Assembly: GCA_001001115.1 (NCBI GenBank)
Contig: LCIO01000001.1
Coordinates: forward strand, 236,710 to 300,709
DNA: 64,000 nt
Direction of reading: 5' to 3'
Source: Candidatus Wolfebacteria bacterium GW2011_GWA1_44_24
GTDB lineage: Bacteria; Patescibacteriota; Minisyncoccia; UBA6257; UBA9933
The position numbers were made by a program, and so were the translations under genes. Below, one piece after another: positions 45,124 through 53,725 of this stretch. Below the pieces are notes generated by a model. The model was given only the letters and a program-made list of their open reading frames with translations, was not told where the DNA came from and did no database searches. Every line of letters begins with the position of its first letter. The first letter of the stretch is position 1.

Positions 45124-46832
45124 ATTTCAATCACCACCGGCAAAATCATCGGACGGCGATTTGTTTTATTGTACAAAAACTGCCCGATTTGGTCTCTTAT
45201 CATCGCCTTAATATAATCAGCGTCAATCTGCTGGGAAGGAACGCGAGTTACCATTGATTTGATTCTTTTTCTGATTTCTTCAACAAGCTCCTTATTCTCT
45301 TTCAAATAAATAAATCCGCGGGAAATAATATCGGGATTTTTCAAAAACCTGCTGGTATGGCGGTCTAATGTCGTGATTATCACAACCATTCCCTCCTGCG
45401 CCAACACTCGGCGATCCCTTAAAACAACCTCTCCCACATCGCCCACTCCCAACCCGTCAACCATAACGTAATATGACGGCACCATTTCTTCGGAAATCCG
45501 CGCCGCATCTTTTGATAATAATAATACTTGACCGTTGTCAACAATCGGCGTTTCTTCCGGCCTTAATTTCAGCGCCTCTTGTGCCAATTGAGCATTGCGC
45601 CAACGCATAAAATAATATCCGTGAACCGGAGTATAAAATTTCGGCTTCACCATTTTCATCACAATTTTAAGATCTTCCTGAGGCGCGTGCCCGCTGGAAT
45701 GGATATCAACCATCCTTGAGTGATAAATTATTCCGCCTTGCCTGGCGATGTCATCTAAAAGAATTTGGACGCTTCTTTCGTTCCCGGGAATAACCGACGA
45801 AGATAAAAGCACGATGTCTCCTTTCTTAATCTGCACTTGCTTGTGGTCGCCGTTAATAATGCGCATTAAACTAGCATTGGATTCTCCCTGAGCGCCGGTG
45901 CATAAAAGCACAATTTTATCATCTTTATATTTATTAATTTCGTTGAGCGGAATAATGGTTTCTTTTTTAATTTTCATAAAACCGAGATTCTGGGCGATTT
46001 GAATGTTATTTTTCATTGAAAATCCGCTGACGAAAATCTTCCTGTTATATTTTTCGGCGATTTTAATTATTTCCGAAAGCCTGTCTAAAAGCGAAGCGAA
46101 TGTGGCAACAATAATTCTTCCGTCGGCTTTTTTGAATATCTTTTCTATTTCCGCTTCCACAATGCGTTCAGAAAGAGAATGTCCCTCTTTGTCGGCTCCG
46201 GTTGACTCAAGCAAAAGAGTGTGGATTTTTTGCTTTCCGATTTTTTCCCAAGTATCCAGATTTTGAGGGTTTCCTTCAACATCATAATCAACCCTAAAAT
46301 CTCCGGGATGGACCATTTTCCCGACGGGCGTGTCTAAAATTACGCCGATGCTGTCGGGGATTGTATGAGCGGTGCTAAAAAATTCTACCCTGAAATTCTC
46401 CGATATTTGCTTGATTTCGCCGTCTTTCACTATTTCAAATTCAAGTTTTGGCGCGTTTGGAAAATCTTCCTGGCGGCGATTTATCATTGCCCTATTAAGC
46501 GCTGTCGTATATATCAGAGGATTGCCGATTTTATTCATTATATAAGGAATAGCGCCGATGTGGTCCAAATGGCCGTGCGTGACAATCAGCCCTTTGATAT
46601 TTTTTTTCTTGGCCTCCAGATAAGAAATATTGGGAATGATAAAATCTATCCCGGGAGTCGTTTCTTCAGGAAATTGAAGGCCGGCGTCAATAACGACAAT
46701 TTCATTTCCGTATTCGAAAAACATCATATTGCGCCCGACTTCTTCAAGCCCGCCTAAAGCGACAAATCTAACAACCCCTTCCTTTGGATGAGTTTTTATA
46801 AATTCTTTTTTAATTGTTCGTTTAATGGGCAT
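45120..46832 (-). CDS. rnj: Ribonuclease J (MBL/beta-CASP)
   Basis: VTHGHLDHIG motif, beta-CASP and C-terminal domains. Start reset to ATG 46832 (MPIKRT...), because the ORF-track extension crosses tRNA-Leu. Confidence 0.9.
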   Translation of the reverse strand: MPIKRTIKKEFIKTHPKEGVVRFVALGGLEEVGRNMMFFEYGNEIVVIDAGLQFPEETTPGIDFIIPNISYLEAKKKNIKGLIVTHGHLDHIGAIPYIMNKIGNPLIYTTALNRAMINRRQEDFPNAPKLEFEIVKDGEIKQISENFRVEFFSTAHTIPDSIGVILDTPVGKMVHPGDFRVDYDVEGNPQNLDTWEKIGKQKIHTLLLESTGADKEGHSLSERIVEAEIEKIFKKADGRIIVATFASLLDRLSEIIKIAEKYNRKIFVSGFSMKNNIQIAQNLGFMKIKKETIIPLNEINKYKDDKIVLLCTGAQGESNASLMRIINGDHKQVQIKKGDIVLLSSSVIPGNERSVQILLDDIARQGGIIYHSRMVDIHSSGHAPQEDLKIVMKMVKPKFYTPVHGYYFMRWRNAQLAQEALKLRPEETPIVDNGQVLLLSKDAARISEEMVPSYYVMVDGLGVGDVGEVVLRDRRVLAQEGMVVIITTLDRHTSRFLKNPDIISRGFIYLKENKELVEEIRKRIKSMVTRVPSQQIDADYIKAMIRDQIGQFLYNKTNRRPMILPVVIEI

Positions 46833-46846
46833 TTTTTTATTTTTTG

Positions 46847-46929
46847 TGGGCGCGGAGGGATTTGAACCCTCAAGGACAAAGTCCATACGCTCCTGAAGCG
46901 TACGCGTATGCCAATTCCGCCACGCGCCC
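46847..46929 (-). tRNA. tRNA-Leu (anticodon CAG)
   Basis: GGGCGCG/CGCGCCC acceptor, TACGC-TTCAGGA-GCGTA anticodon arm, long variable arm, GAGGG-TTCAAAT-CCCTC T arm. No encoded CCA. Confidence 0.85.
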
Positions 46930-46941
46930 GCAAAATCTGCT

Positions 46942-48579
46942 TTATTTAAACACTCTTGCTGTCTTAATATACCATTGAGCGATATTTTTAAAACGCTCCT
47001 CGGGAGAAGAAATCGACGATTCTTCCACTCCCGAAAGCGTCTTCTTGCTGACATAAAGATAATCCGGCGAATAAAGGAAAACTGCCGGATGGTCCTGCTC
47101 AATCAACGATTGAAGACTCATGAATTCGGACTGCCTTTTTGTTTCGTCAAAATCCTTCCTGATCGATTCAATCAGACTGTCCGCAATTTTATTCTCGTAA
47201 AGCGCCAAATTCAGGCCGGGATAAAATCTTTCCGAAGAATGCCAGAAAGAAAAAAGGTCTGGGCTTTTGCCCAAAATATTGCCGAAAAGAATCATCTGAT
47301 AATTTCTATTTTTAATGATATTGTTGTTAATCTCGGCCAAAGAAAGAACTGAAATGTTCAGTTTAACTCCGATCTTCAGCCATTGGTCGCGAATAAGTTC
47401 CGCGGTTTTGATTAAGAAAGGCATTTCCGGAACCGTCAAATTAAATTCCAGTTTAACCGTATTTTTTTCTATCTCTTTTGTCCGGACGTTCTCCTTATTA
47501 TTCCATTTCCAGCCGGTATTTTCAAGAATGGCGTTGGCTTTATCAAAAGAAGAAGATTCTGAACCAAGTCCGGAAGGCCCGCCAATCAACGGTCCGGAAA
47601 CCGGCGTTGCTTGCCGTTTTAAGACTTTGTCGATAATTTCATTTTTGTCAACGGCCGTATTCAGCGCCAATCTCACATTTTTATCCTTTAGGGCTGGCTG
47701 GGCGTTGATATTGAAAAAGACGGCATAATATTTCAGCGTCTTAAAAAAAGAAATTTTATGGGTAAAAGCGATTTTAGACAAATCATCGGGGTTTGTCAAA
47801 CCAAAACCGTCGATGGCGCCGAGATTAAAAGCGTTGACCATTTCTTCTTCGTTGGTAAAAAAAACAAATTCGATTTCTCCCAAGTAAGGCGCTGGCCCGA
47901 AATAATTTTTACTTTGCTCTAAAACATAAGAGGTAATATAACCGTCAGAGCGTTTGCTCAAATTTTTGAACCGAAAAGGACCGCTGCCGACCGGCTCAAA
48001 ATTATAATTGGAGAGTCGCAAATTGGCGGCCGGAATATCGGCAAAAATGTGTTTGGGAATTGGTTTAAGACCCAAAACGGTGTCGTTGAAAAAAGAGTAA
48101 GAGGCGGGAAGATTAAATTCCACTTCCCGTTCGCTGACCCTTGAAATTTTAACGCCTTGCCAATTGGAAAAAAGAGGAGAGCGGACATCCGAATTCTGAA
48201 TGGTTTCCACCGTAAAAATAACATCGTCGGAAGTTATCGGCCGGCTGTCCTGCCAGAAAATTCCGTCTTTCAAGCGATAACGCCAGCTTTTGCCGTCTTC
48301 GCTGATTTTATAAGTGTCAATCATTCCGGAAAAATCGCCGAAAAGCAATTCAACCAAATCCTTATCTGCGCTTGAAACCGTCAAAACCGGATTGATAAAA
48401 CTCGGCTGGCCAAGAACACCTTCCCTGTGTTCGCCGCCGGAAACCGCCACAATTTTTGTGTTTTCCTTGATATAATTCGCCGCCAGCAAGGAAAAAGAAA
48501 GCAAAAATACGAACAGCGCTCCGCTGAAAATAAAAATTTCCTTGCGCGAAAAAAACTTGAATAATTGTTTAATAAACAT
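46942..48579 (-). CDS. ABC-type substrate-binding protein family 5 (peptide/nickel type), membrane anchored
   Basis: 545 aa, N-terminal TM anchor, SBP_bac_5-like length and motifs (WQDSRPITSDDV...). Confidence 0.7.
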   Translation of the reverse strand: MFIKQLFKFFSRKEIFIFSGALFVFLLSFSLLAANYIKENTKIVAVSGGEHREGVLGQPSFINPVLTVSSADKDLVELLFGDFSGMIDTYKISEDGKSWRYRLKDGIFWQDSRPITSDDVIFTVETIQNSDVRSPLFSNWQGVKISRVSEREVEFNLPASYSFFNDTVLGLKPIPKHIFADIPAANLRLSNYNFEPVGSGPFRFKNLSKRSDGYITSYVLEQSKNYFGPAPYLGEIEFVFFTNEEEMVNAFNLGAIDGFGLTNPDDLSKIAFTHKISFFKTLKYYAVFFNINAQPALKDKNVRLALNTAVDKNEIIDKVLKRQATPVSGPLIGGPSGLGSESSSFDKANAILENTGWKWNNKENVRTKEIEKNTVKLEFNLTVPEMPFLIKTAELIRDQWLKIGVKLNISVLSLAEINNNIIKNRNYQMILFGNILGKSPDLFSFWHSSERFYPGLNLALYENKIADSLIESIRKDFDETKRQSEFMSLQSLIEQDHPAVFLYSPDYLYVSKKTLSGVEESSISSPEERFKNIAQWYIKTARVFK

Positions 48580-48625
48580 TAAATCTGTCCGGGCCTGCTT
48601 GGTCGGATTGCCGGATTTACAAAAA

Positions 48626-48838
48626 CTATCTAAGCAGGCTGAATAAAGATAATCCCATTAAGATGACGACCAAAACAATGGTTGCGCCGAAAATTATCCG
48701 TTCCAACCCGCGGCGAGTCTGGTAAAACCCCCCTTCGGACCCGCCAAAAACTCCGGAAAGTCCGGAAGAGCGTTCTTGCAATAAAATTAAAACAATCAAA
48801 ACAACGGAAACAATAATTTGAATGACGGAGATAAGCAT
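48626..48838 (-). CDS. secG: Preprotein translocase subunit SecG
   Basis: 70 aa, two TM helices around LLQERSSGLSGVFGG. Confidence 0.8.
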   Translation of the reverse strand: MLISVIQIIVSVVLIVLILLQERSSGLSGVFGGSEGGFYQTRRGLERIIFGATIVLVVILMGLSLFSLLR

Positions 48839-49206
48839 TATTTATGGAATCTTTTCGCCAAAAAATCGGAAATGAGGTGAACCGCGCTAATAATCAACGT
48901 GGCGTATAATAAAGACAATATGCCGTTAATTTTAACGCTTTCGGAATAAAAGTCAAGAAAATAAAGAATGGCGGCGTTGATGAAAATCAGTCCCGCCCCC
49001 AGAGTAACAATAATAAAAGGGCTGAAGATGAGTTTTAAAACCGGCTTGATGAAGATATTAATGGCGGTAAAAATCACCACCGTTGTCAAAAATTGAACCG
49101 ATAAAAAACCGGCGGTAATTTCAAAACCTTTAATAAAATAAGCAGCCAGCCAAAGAGACAAAAAATTGGAAAGAAAAAGAAAAATTAGCTTAAAAATCAA
49201 TCTCAT
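48838..49206 (-). CDS. Phage-holin-family-4-like (YvlD-type) small membrane protein
   Basis: ~122 aa, four hydrophobic helices. Start trimmed to ATG 49206 to avoid overlapping the divergent gene. Confidence 0.5.
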   Translation of the reverse strand: MRLIFKLIFLFLSNFLSLWLAAYFIKGFEITAGFLSVQFLTTVVIFTAINIFIKPVLKLIFSPFIIVTLGAGLIFINAAILYFLDFYSESVKINGILSLLYATLIISAVHLISDFLAKRFHK

Positions 49207-49299
49207 AATTATCCACAGCTTCTGTTTGGAATATCCGGGATTATCCATTATACTATAAAATAGTAATCCAAAGGTCGATAAATATTTTATCACAAAGAA

Positions 49300-49977
49300 A
49301 TGATAATTCAAAATTTAGCGGATGCCACAATTAGTTCACTTCTGAACACTTGGGGCGGTGTCATCGGTTTTATTCCGTCGTTGATCGGCGCGTTGATTAT
49401 TTTAATCATCGGCTTGATTGTCGCGGCCGGTTTGAAATCGCTGGTAGAAAGAATTCTTAGCGCCGTCAAATTGGACAACTTGCTTCGCCGATTGGAGGTG
49501 GAAAGTTATTTCCAGCGCGCGGGAATGTCGTTGAATTCAGGCAAATTTTTCGGCTCATTAGTTTACTGGTTTTTCGTGATTGTTTTTGTTCTAGCGGCAG
49601 CCGATACGGTTGGCCTAAGAGGGCTTTCTCAGTTTCTGGGAGAAGTCGTCGCTTACATTCCAAACATTATCGTTGCCGCATTGATAATGCTGGTAACGGC
49701 ATTGGTGGCTAGCGCTCTAAGAACCGCGGTCAGCTCATCGGTGATGAGCGCCAAGCTTCACGCTTCCAAATTTTTGGGAACATTGGTTTGGTGGGCGGTG
49801 GTGGTTTTCGGCTTTATCAGCGCTTTGATACAGCTGGGAATCGCGCCCATGCTTCTCAACACCCTGATTACCGGCTTGGTTGCGATGTTGGCCTTAGCCG
49901 GCGGCATTGCTTTCGGTTTAGGAGGCAAAGATTACGCGGCTTATCTTTTAAACAAATTAAAAGAGCGCGTTGAATAA
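49300..49977 (+). CDS. Membrane protein with conserved TM-helix repeats (mechanosensitive-channel-associated type)
   Basis: 225 aa, repeated helix-loop units (IPNIIVAALIMLV..., LGIAPMLLNTLI...). Confidence 0.45.
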   Translation: MIIQNLADATISSLLNTWGGVIGFIPSLIGALIILIIGLIVAAGLKSLVERILSAVKLDNLLRRLEVESYFQRAGMSLNSGKFFGSLVYWFFVIVFVLAAADTVGLRGLSQFLGEVVAYIPNIIVAALIMLVTALVASALRTAVSSSVMSAKLHASKFLGTLVWWAVVVFGFISALIQLGIAPMLLNTLITGLVAMLALAGGIAFGLGGKDYAAYLLNKLKERVE

Positions 49978-49995
49978 AAAATTCATAGATTATTC

Positions 49996-50027
49996 AAAAA
50001 CCCCCGCATTGCGGGGGTTTTTGTTTT
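49996..50027. terminator. Bidirectional intrinsic terminator
   Basis: AAAAA-CCCCCGC-att-GCGGGGG-TTTTTGTTTT. Confidence 0.85.
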
Positions 50028-50072
50028 CTTATTTACTATCCTATTTTACGATCGTTAAATAGGATAGTAAAC

Positions 50073-50408
50073 TTATTTCCCTCTGCCTTCGTATTTTTCA
50101 AAAATCGTCCAAAAACTGAGGTTTTTTTCTCCCTGATTATAAACCTTGTGGAAATCGCCGGCAGGCACAAGCACCATATCCCCGGTTTTGACTTGAATTT
50201 TGCGGCTGGCCGCCTCCATCAATCCTTCGCCGTCAATAAAAACGTAAACCTCATCGGCATCGACATGGGAATGACCGGTGGTGGCTTTTTGCGGCTCAAG
50301 CTCGGTCAAAGAAACCGTTAAATGATTCAGGTCAGATAAATCGTAAACTTTATAAATCTCGTTGTCTCTTATAAGCTTGGCCGATTGTTTATACTCCTTA
50401 ATATCCAT
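50073..50408 (-). CDS. Cupin-domain protein
   Basis: 111 aa. GHSHVDADEVYVFIDGEG...GDMVLVPAGDFH, a two-motif cupin signature. Confidence 0.65.
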   Translation of the reverse strand: MDIKEYKQSAKLIRDNEIYKVYDLSDLNHLTVSLTELEPQKATTGHSHVDADEVYVFIDGEGLMEAASRKIQVKTGDMVLVPAGDFHKVYNQGEKNLSFWTIFEKYEGRGK

Positions 50409-50450
50409 ATATCCATAGAATAATAAATTATGGCGATAATTTCAATTGTA

Positions 50451-50491
50451 AAAAATAAAAAAAGCCCCGAGCAATAAACTGCAAGGGGCTC
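50451..50491 (-). terminator. Intrinsic terminator downstream of 50513..50998
   Basis: Minus strand AGCCCC-ttgcagtttattgctc-GGGGCT then a T-rich run. Confidence 0.6.
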
Positions 50492-50512
50492 GATGATTAA
50501 CAAGCGCTGTCG

Positions 50513-50998
50513 CTAACTCGCTATGCGCTTGTAGAGGAAAAACGGCATAAGCCGGAGAATTAACTCTCGGCTCCACCATTTTACCCAGGAACGGGTGCGC
50601 GGTTGCGTCGAGTCCGAACAGAACCACCCGTCGTTGGGGAACGGAAGCGCACAGACCCGAAGCGCAATCCGCGCTCCAGCTTCTTTAATTGCTTCCCGCA
50701 TATCTCTCTTGCACCGCCAAAGATGCGGTTCAGCGGCAACGACCCAGAGCTCTCCGAATCCTTTCTTTATTGCCCACTGGACAGCTCCTCGCGCAACACG
50801 GAGAGTCGGCGGCGGATTGCCGGGTTCCTCCTTGATATATTCCACCGAAATAGCATCCCCAACACAAACATCGCTTTGAGTGTACACCGTAGCGTCAAGG
50901 TTATACGCTTTTGTCGAGCAAATTGTAGTGATGAGCCGATTAGAACGGATGGTTTTTGGGACTCCAAATCCAAATGCAACAATGCCTGTGTTTTTCAA
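50513..50998 (-). CDS. Hypothetical protein, possibly DUF218/YdcF-like; GC-rich
   Basis: TTG start 4 nt after GGAGGTGA. ...LWVVAAEPHLWRCKRDMREA resembles the DUF218 LVTS..H..RA motif. A hand-counted 100-nt sample is ~59% GC. Confidence 0.4.
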   Translation of the reverse strand: MKNTGIVAFGFGVPKTIRSNRLITTICSTKAYNLDATVYTQSDVCVGDAISVEYIKEEPGNPPPTLRVARGAVQWAIKKGFGELWVVAAEPHLWRCKRDMREAIKEAGARIALRVCALPFPNDGWFCSDSTQPRTRSWVKWWSRELILRLMPFFLYKRIAS

Positions 50999-51147
50999 TC
51001 TTCACCTCCTATATTTGAAGTTGTAAAAAGAGCTGATTTCTAACTAAATTAAATATAACATAGATTATTTTATTTGTAAAGAGTGAGAAAAAATTTACTG
51101 ATTTGCTTTGTCCGCCGATGGCCTAAATCTTCTAAAAAGAAAATTTG

Positions 51148-51285
51148 GTGCAGTATTCTTGAATTAGTCCGAACACATTTCGCCGCCTGCGGCGGCAAAG
51201 ATTCGCCTGCCTGAATTGGTGCGGCTCGCCCCGCCGAGCGGGGCTCGCCGCGTTCTTTGACAATTTCAAGTTTTTCTTTGGCGAC
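51148..51285 (-). repeat. Modular intergenic repeat, copy 2 (A + variable GC hairpins + D)
   Basis: Minus strand GTCGCCAAAGAAAAACTTGAAATTGTCA...GAAATGTGTTCGGACTAATTCAAGAATACTGCAC. Confidence 0.8.
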
Positions 51286-51339
51286 AAATTCATTCTCGGA
51301 AAAGAAAAAAGCGGCTTTGTCATTCATGACAGGGTGCCG

Positions 51340-52200
51340 CTAAACCCTCTGTTTAAGTTCTTTTCGAACATACAGTGTTGGTCGCCAAGGGTGGCACATA
51401 AAAATAGAGCCGAAGCTGACGGCTTTCGCGCCGAGACTTCTGACTTTTTCGAGATCGTCGAAATCCCACACGCTTGGTCCGATTACAGGAATTGTTGTCA
51501 GCTCGGTAAGTTTCTTGACCAAACCCCATGTGAATGGCTGAGCAATTTTTCCAGATACACCACCACCCCCAAGGATTTCAAGAGGGCTTCGGCGATTTGG
51601 GAAAGCTACTGCCCAGGGAATGCTGTTGATTGAAATGGCTTCGACAAGATTCTCAGCCCCTTTCACGATTTGCGAAATATCGTGAGTGACAGACACTTTA
51701 AGAATCAACGGCAGACGAGAATTGGTCTTGACCGCTTCGCAACTTGCAATGACTCTCGCTGTGTCTTGCAAGACGTAAGTTTCAGCGTTCGGACATGAAG
51801 CGTTGATTTCCAACCCAGCTAAGTCAAAGCCGTTCAGCATCCCTGCCATTTCCGCTAATTCTTCCGGTTCTCCGAAAATCGAAACAATCAGAGGAATTTT
51901 TGTTGAATTGAGTGATGGGCCGATTTTCTTACACCACCAATCAATCCCTGGGTTTGACAGCCCGACTGCGTTGACAACCCCGCCACGGACTAATCGCAGG
52001 CAACGAAATGGATTATACCATCGCAGATTTCCTTCCGTTGGCCGAAGTGTCAATGTTTTGGTTACCGAAGTAAAGAGTGTTGGGTCAAGAAGCCCGATCC
52101 AACGCCAAGGTTGTTCCCATAGCCAACCCTTTCCGTCGAAACTCAATGCACCACTTGCGGTCATGTATTCAAAGGTATGACCATTGGAAAACCTTATCAT
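51340..52200 (-). CDS. Dihydroorotate dehydrogenase-like (class 1 DHOD/DHPD family) TIM-barrel flavoprotein
   Basis: NAVGLSNPG, EINASCPN (catalytic Cys loop), GGGGVSG, GAKAVSFGS. AAGGAGGTG SD upstream. Confidence 0.7.
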   Translation of the reverse strand: MIRFSNGHTFEYMTASGALSFDGKGWLWEQPWRWIGLLDPTLFTSVTKTLTLRPTEGNLRWYNPFRCLRLVRGGVVNAVGLSNPGIDWWCKKIGPSLNSTKIPLIVSIFGEPEELAEMAGMLNGFDLAGLEINASCPNAETYVLQDTARVIASCEAVKTNSRLPLILKVSVTHDISQIVKGAENLVEAISINSIPWAVAFPNRRSPLEILGGGGVSGKIAQPFTWGLVKKLTELTTIPVIGPSVWDFDDLEKVRSLGAKAVSFGSIFMCHPWRPTLYVRKELKQRV

Positions 52201-52340
52201 GGTTATTCACCTCCTTTTTGTGTTGTAAGGTACAAAATAAGTTAGATTTTCCCAACCTATTGCCAAACAGATATTACACCTCAAAAAATAAAAAATCAAA
52301 CAAAAAACAGAAATTCCCCAGAATTTCTGTAACAAATAAT

Positions 52341-52481
52341 ATGAAAAAATTTTCTTTTACCCAAAATTCAAAATATGGTTTCCTCCAGAGGTGGGCAGGC
52401 GAGCCGATGTTTTTCTCTGGGTTCTTTTGCGGTTTTGAGCGGAGCCGCACCGCTGACAATTTCAAGTTTTTCTTTGGCGGC
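52341..52481 (-). repeat. Modular intergenic repeat, copy 3 (A + B + C)
   Basis: Minus strand GCCGCCAAAGAAAAACTTGAAATTGTCAGCGGTGCGGCTCCGC-TCAAAACCGCAAAAGAACCCAGAGAAAAACATCGGCTCG...ATTTTGGGTAAAAGAAAATTTTTTCAT. Confidence 0.8.
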
Positions 52482-52534
52482 ATTTAATTATGAATTCTCA
52501 AAACAAGAATAACGCTATGACTACAAATCAACAA

Positions 52535-53263
52535 CTACTTGCTTACATCGTAAGCAACGCGGACATTAGACCCCTCGGGTTTTATTTTTCTGATTGTTAT
52601 TCCGCGAATATCTGCAAGATTGTTTACATGTGTCCCGCCACAAGGAACGCCGAAGTCTCCATACATCACAACGCGAGCAGGTTTTCCCTCTAGCAGATAT
52701 TCAGGGACATGATGGCAAACTTCGTGCATCTTTTCCTTCGGCATAAAAATAAGTTTGGTTGGGCGATTTTCACCAATAAATTTATTGCACAAATTTTCAA
52801 TGTCGGTTTTCAATTTTTCCTTATCCAGTTCGCCAAGACTTCCGGCGTATTCAACATAAGGACCTTCTGGAAAATGATAGCCCTTGCCGGGCACCCAATT
52901 AAGTTTCAAGGCAGTAACCGCCATGTCAACAACATGACCGGCAGAGTTAATACGACTGTTGAGTGCGCGGCGTGTTTCATCAACTACACACTTGACGGTT
53001 TCTCCGGTTTGAAAAGTTACGGAATCAAATTTTCCGATGTGCTTCACTACTCCCTCAACAAAGCGCACTTCTTCAACGGAAAATTTTCCAGAAGGTCTTT
53101 CGATTACGCCCTTGTCGTATGGCTGACCGCCACCTTGCGGATAGAAAACAGTTTGATCCAAAAGAACAATATCCTTACCGTTTTCTTGCGTTACCTCCAA
53201 AACCTTTGCTTCAGTAGCAAGGAGATTGAAATCTTCCAAATAAAGCAGTTTCGTTGGTTGCAT
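52535..53263 (-). CDS. alaX: AlaX-type alanyl-tRNA editing protein (tRNA_SAD domain)
   Basis: QTVFYPQGGGQPYDKG, SAGHVVD, PCGGTHV zinc/editing motifs. 242 aa. Confidence 0.75.
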   Translation of the reverse strand: MQPTKLLYLEDFNLLATEAKVLEVTQENGKDIVLLDQTVFYPQGGGQPYDKGVIERPSGKFSVEEVRFVEGVVKHIGKFDSVTFQTGETVKCVVDETRRALNSRINSAGHVVDMAVTALKLNWVPGKGYHFPEGPYVEYAGSLGELDKEKLKTDIENLCNKFIGENRPTKLIFMPKEKMHEVCHHVPEYLLEGKPARVVMYGDFGVPCGGTHVNNLADIRGITIRKIKPEGSNVRVAYDVSK

Positions 53264-53267
53264 AGGA

Positions 53268-53387
53268 TTAAAAAATTTTCTTCCCCCAAAATTAAAATAT
53301 GGTTCGAGCCGATGTTTTTCTCCGGGTTCTTTTGCGGTTTTGAGCGGCGCGGCTTCGCCGCCTTTCCGATCAAACTTGCAATTTCCT
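53268..53387 (-). repeat. Modular intergenic repeat, copy 4 (A' + B + C) filling the tRNA-Arg to alaX spacer
   Basis: Minus strand GGAAATTGCAAGTTTGA...TCAAAACCGCAAAAGAACCCGGAGAAAAACATCGGCTCG...ATTTTGGGGGAAGAAAATTTTTTAATCCT-ATG. Confidence 0.8.
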
Positions 53388-53390
53388 ACA

Positions 53391-53465
53391 TGGTGCCCCC
53401 GCGAGGAATCGAACCTCGATTTTAGCCTTCGGAGGGCTATGTTCTATCCATTGAACTACGGAGAC
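53391..53465 (-). tRNA. tRNA-Arg (anticodon CCG), CCA encoded
   Basis: GTCTCCG/CGGGGGC acceptor (two G-U pairs), GTTC/GAAC D stem, TAGCC-CTCCGAA-GGCTA anticodon arm, CGAGG-TTCGATT-CCTCG T arm. Confidence 0.8.
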
Positions 53466-53467
53466 AG

Positions 53468-53725
53468 CTATTTTATAAAATTTTTATCAATTTTACGATA
53501 AAATTTAATTCTTTCGTTTGTATTATTTTTTAAAGTATATTCTCGAAATCTTGCTTCTGAACGAAAATTAAAATATTCTTCTCCCAATAAAACGAGTGGC
53601 CGTCGGTCTCTCGTCGCCACAACAAATCCTTTATTATGACGCTCTAATCTTTGTTTTAAATTATCAGTATGCCCGACATAATACTTGCCGTCAATTAGAG
53701 ACTTTAATAAATAAACATAATACAT
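53468..53725 (-). CDS. Small stand-alone GIY-YIG nuclease family protein
   Basis: MYYVYLLKS..DGKYYVGHTDNLKQRLERHN: GIY/YIG motifs plus conserved Arg and Asn. Confidence 0.85.
   Translation of the reverse strand: MYYVYLLKSLIDGKYYVGHTDNLKQRLERHNKGFVVATRDRRPLVLLGEEYFNFRSEARFREYTLKNNTNERIKFYRKIDKNFIK

Noticed and set aside
46833-47102. N-terminal 90-aa extension of the RNase J ORF in the ORF track
   Set aside because: The extension reads through tRNA-Leu(CAG) and the 3' end of the upstream SBP gene. The conserved RNase J N-terminus begins at MPIKRT (ATG 46832).
49209-49217. Perfect DnaA boxes outside the dnaA region (TTATCCACA at 49209-49217, TGTGGATAA at 4458-4466) as secondary origins or DnaA-regulated promoters
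   Set aside because: They are single isolated 9-mers. Roughly one chance occurrence is expected in 64 kb of AT-rich sequence on two strands. There is no clustering and no adjacent AT-rich unwinding element.
51070-51327. 85-aa and 63-aa minus-strand ORFs in the spacer after the DHOD-like gene, and similar small ORFs at 52274-52483, 53191-53373 and 30666-30887
   Set aside because: They are translations of the modular intergenic repeats in different frames in different copies. Conservation is at the nucleotide level, not the protein level, and some run into tRNA genes.
52709-53425. 238-aa plus-strand ORF
   Set aside because: It is antisense to alaX, continues through the repeat module and into tRNA-Arg, and has no motifs.
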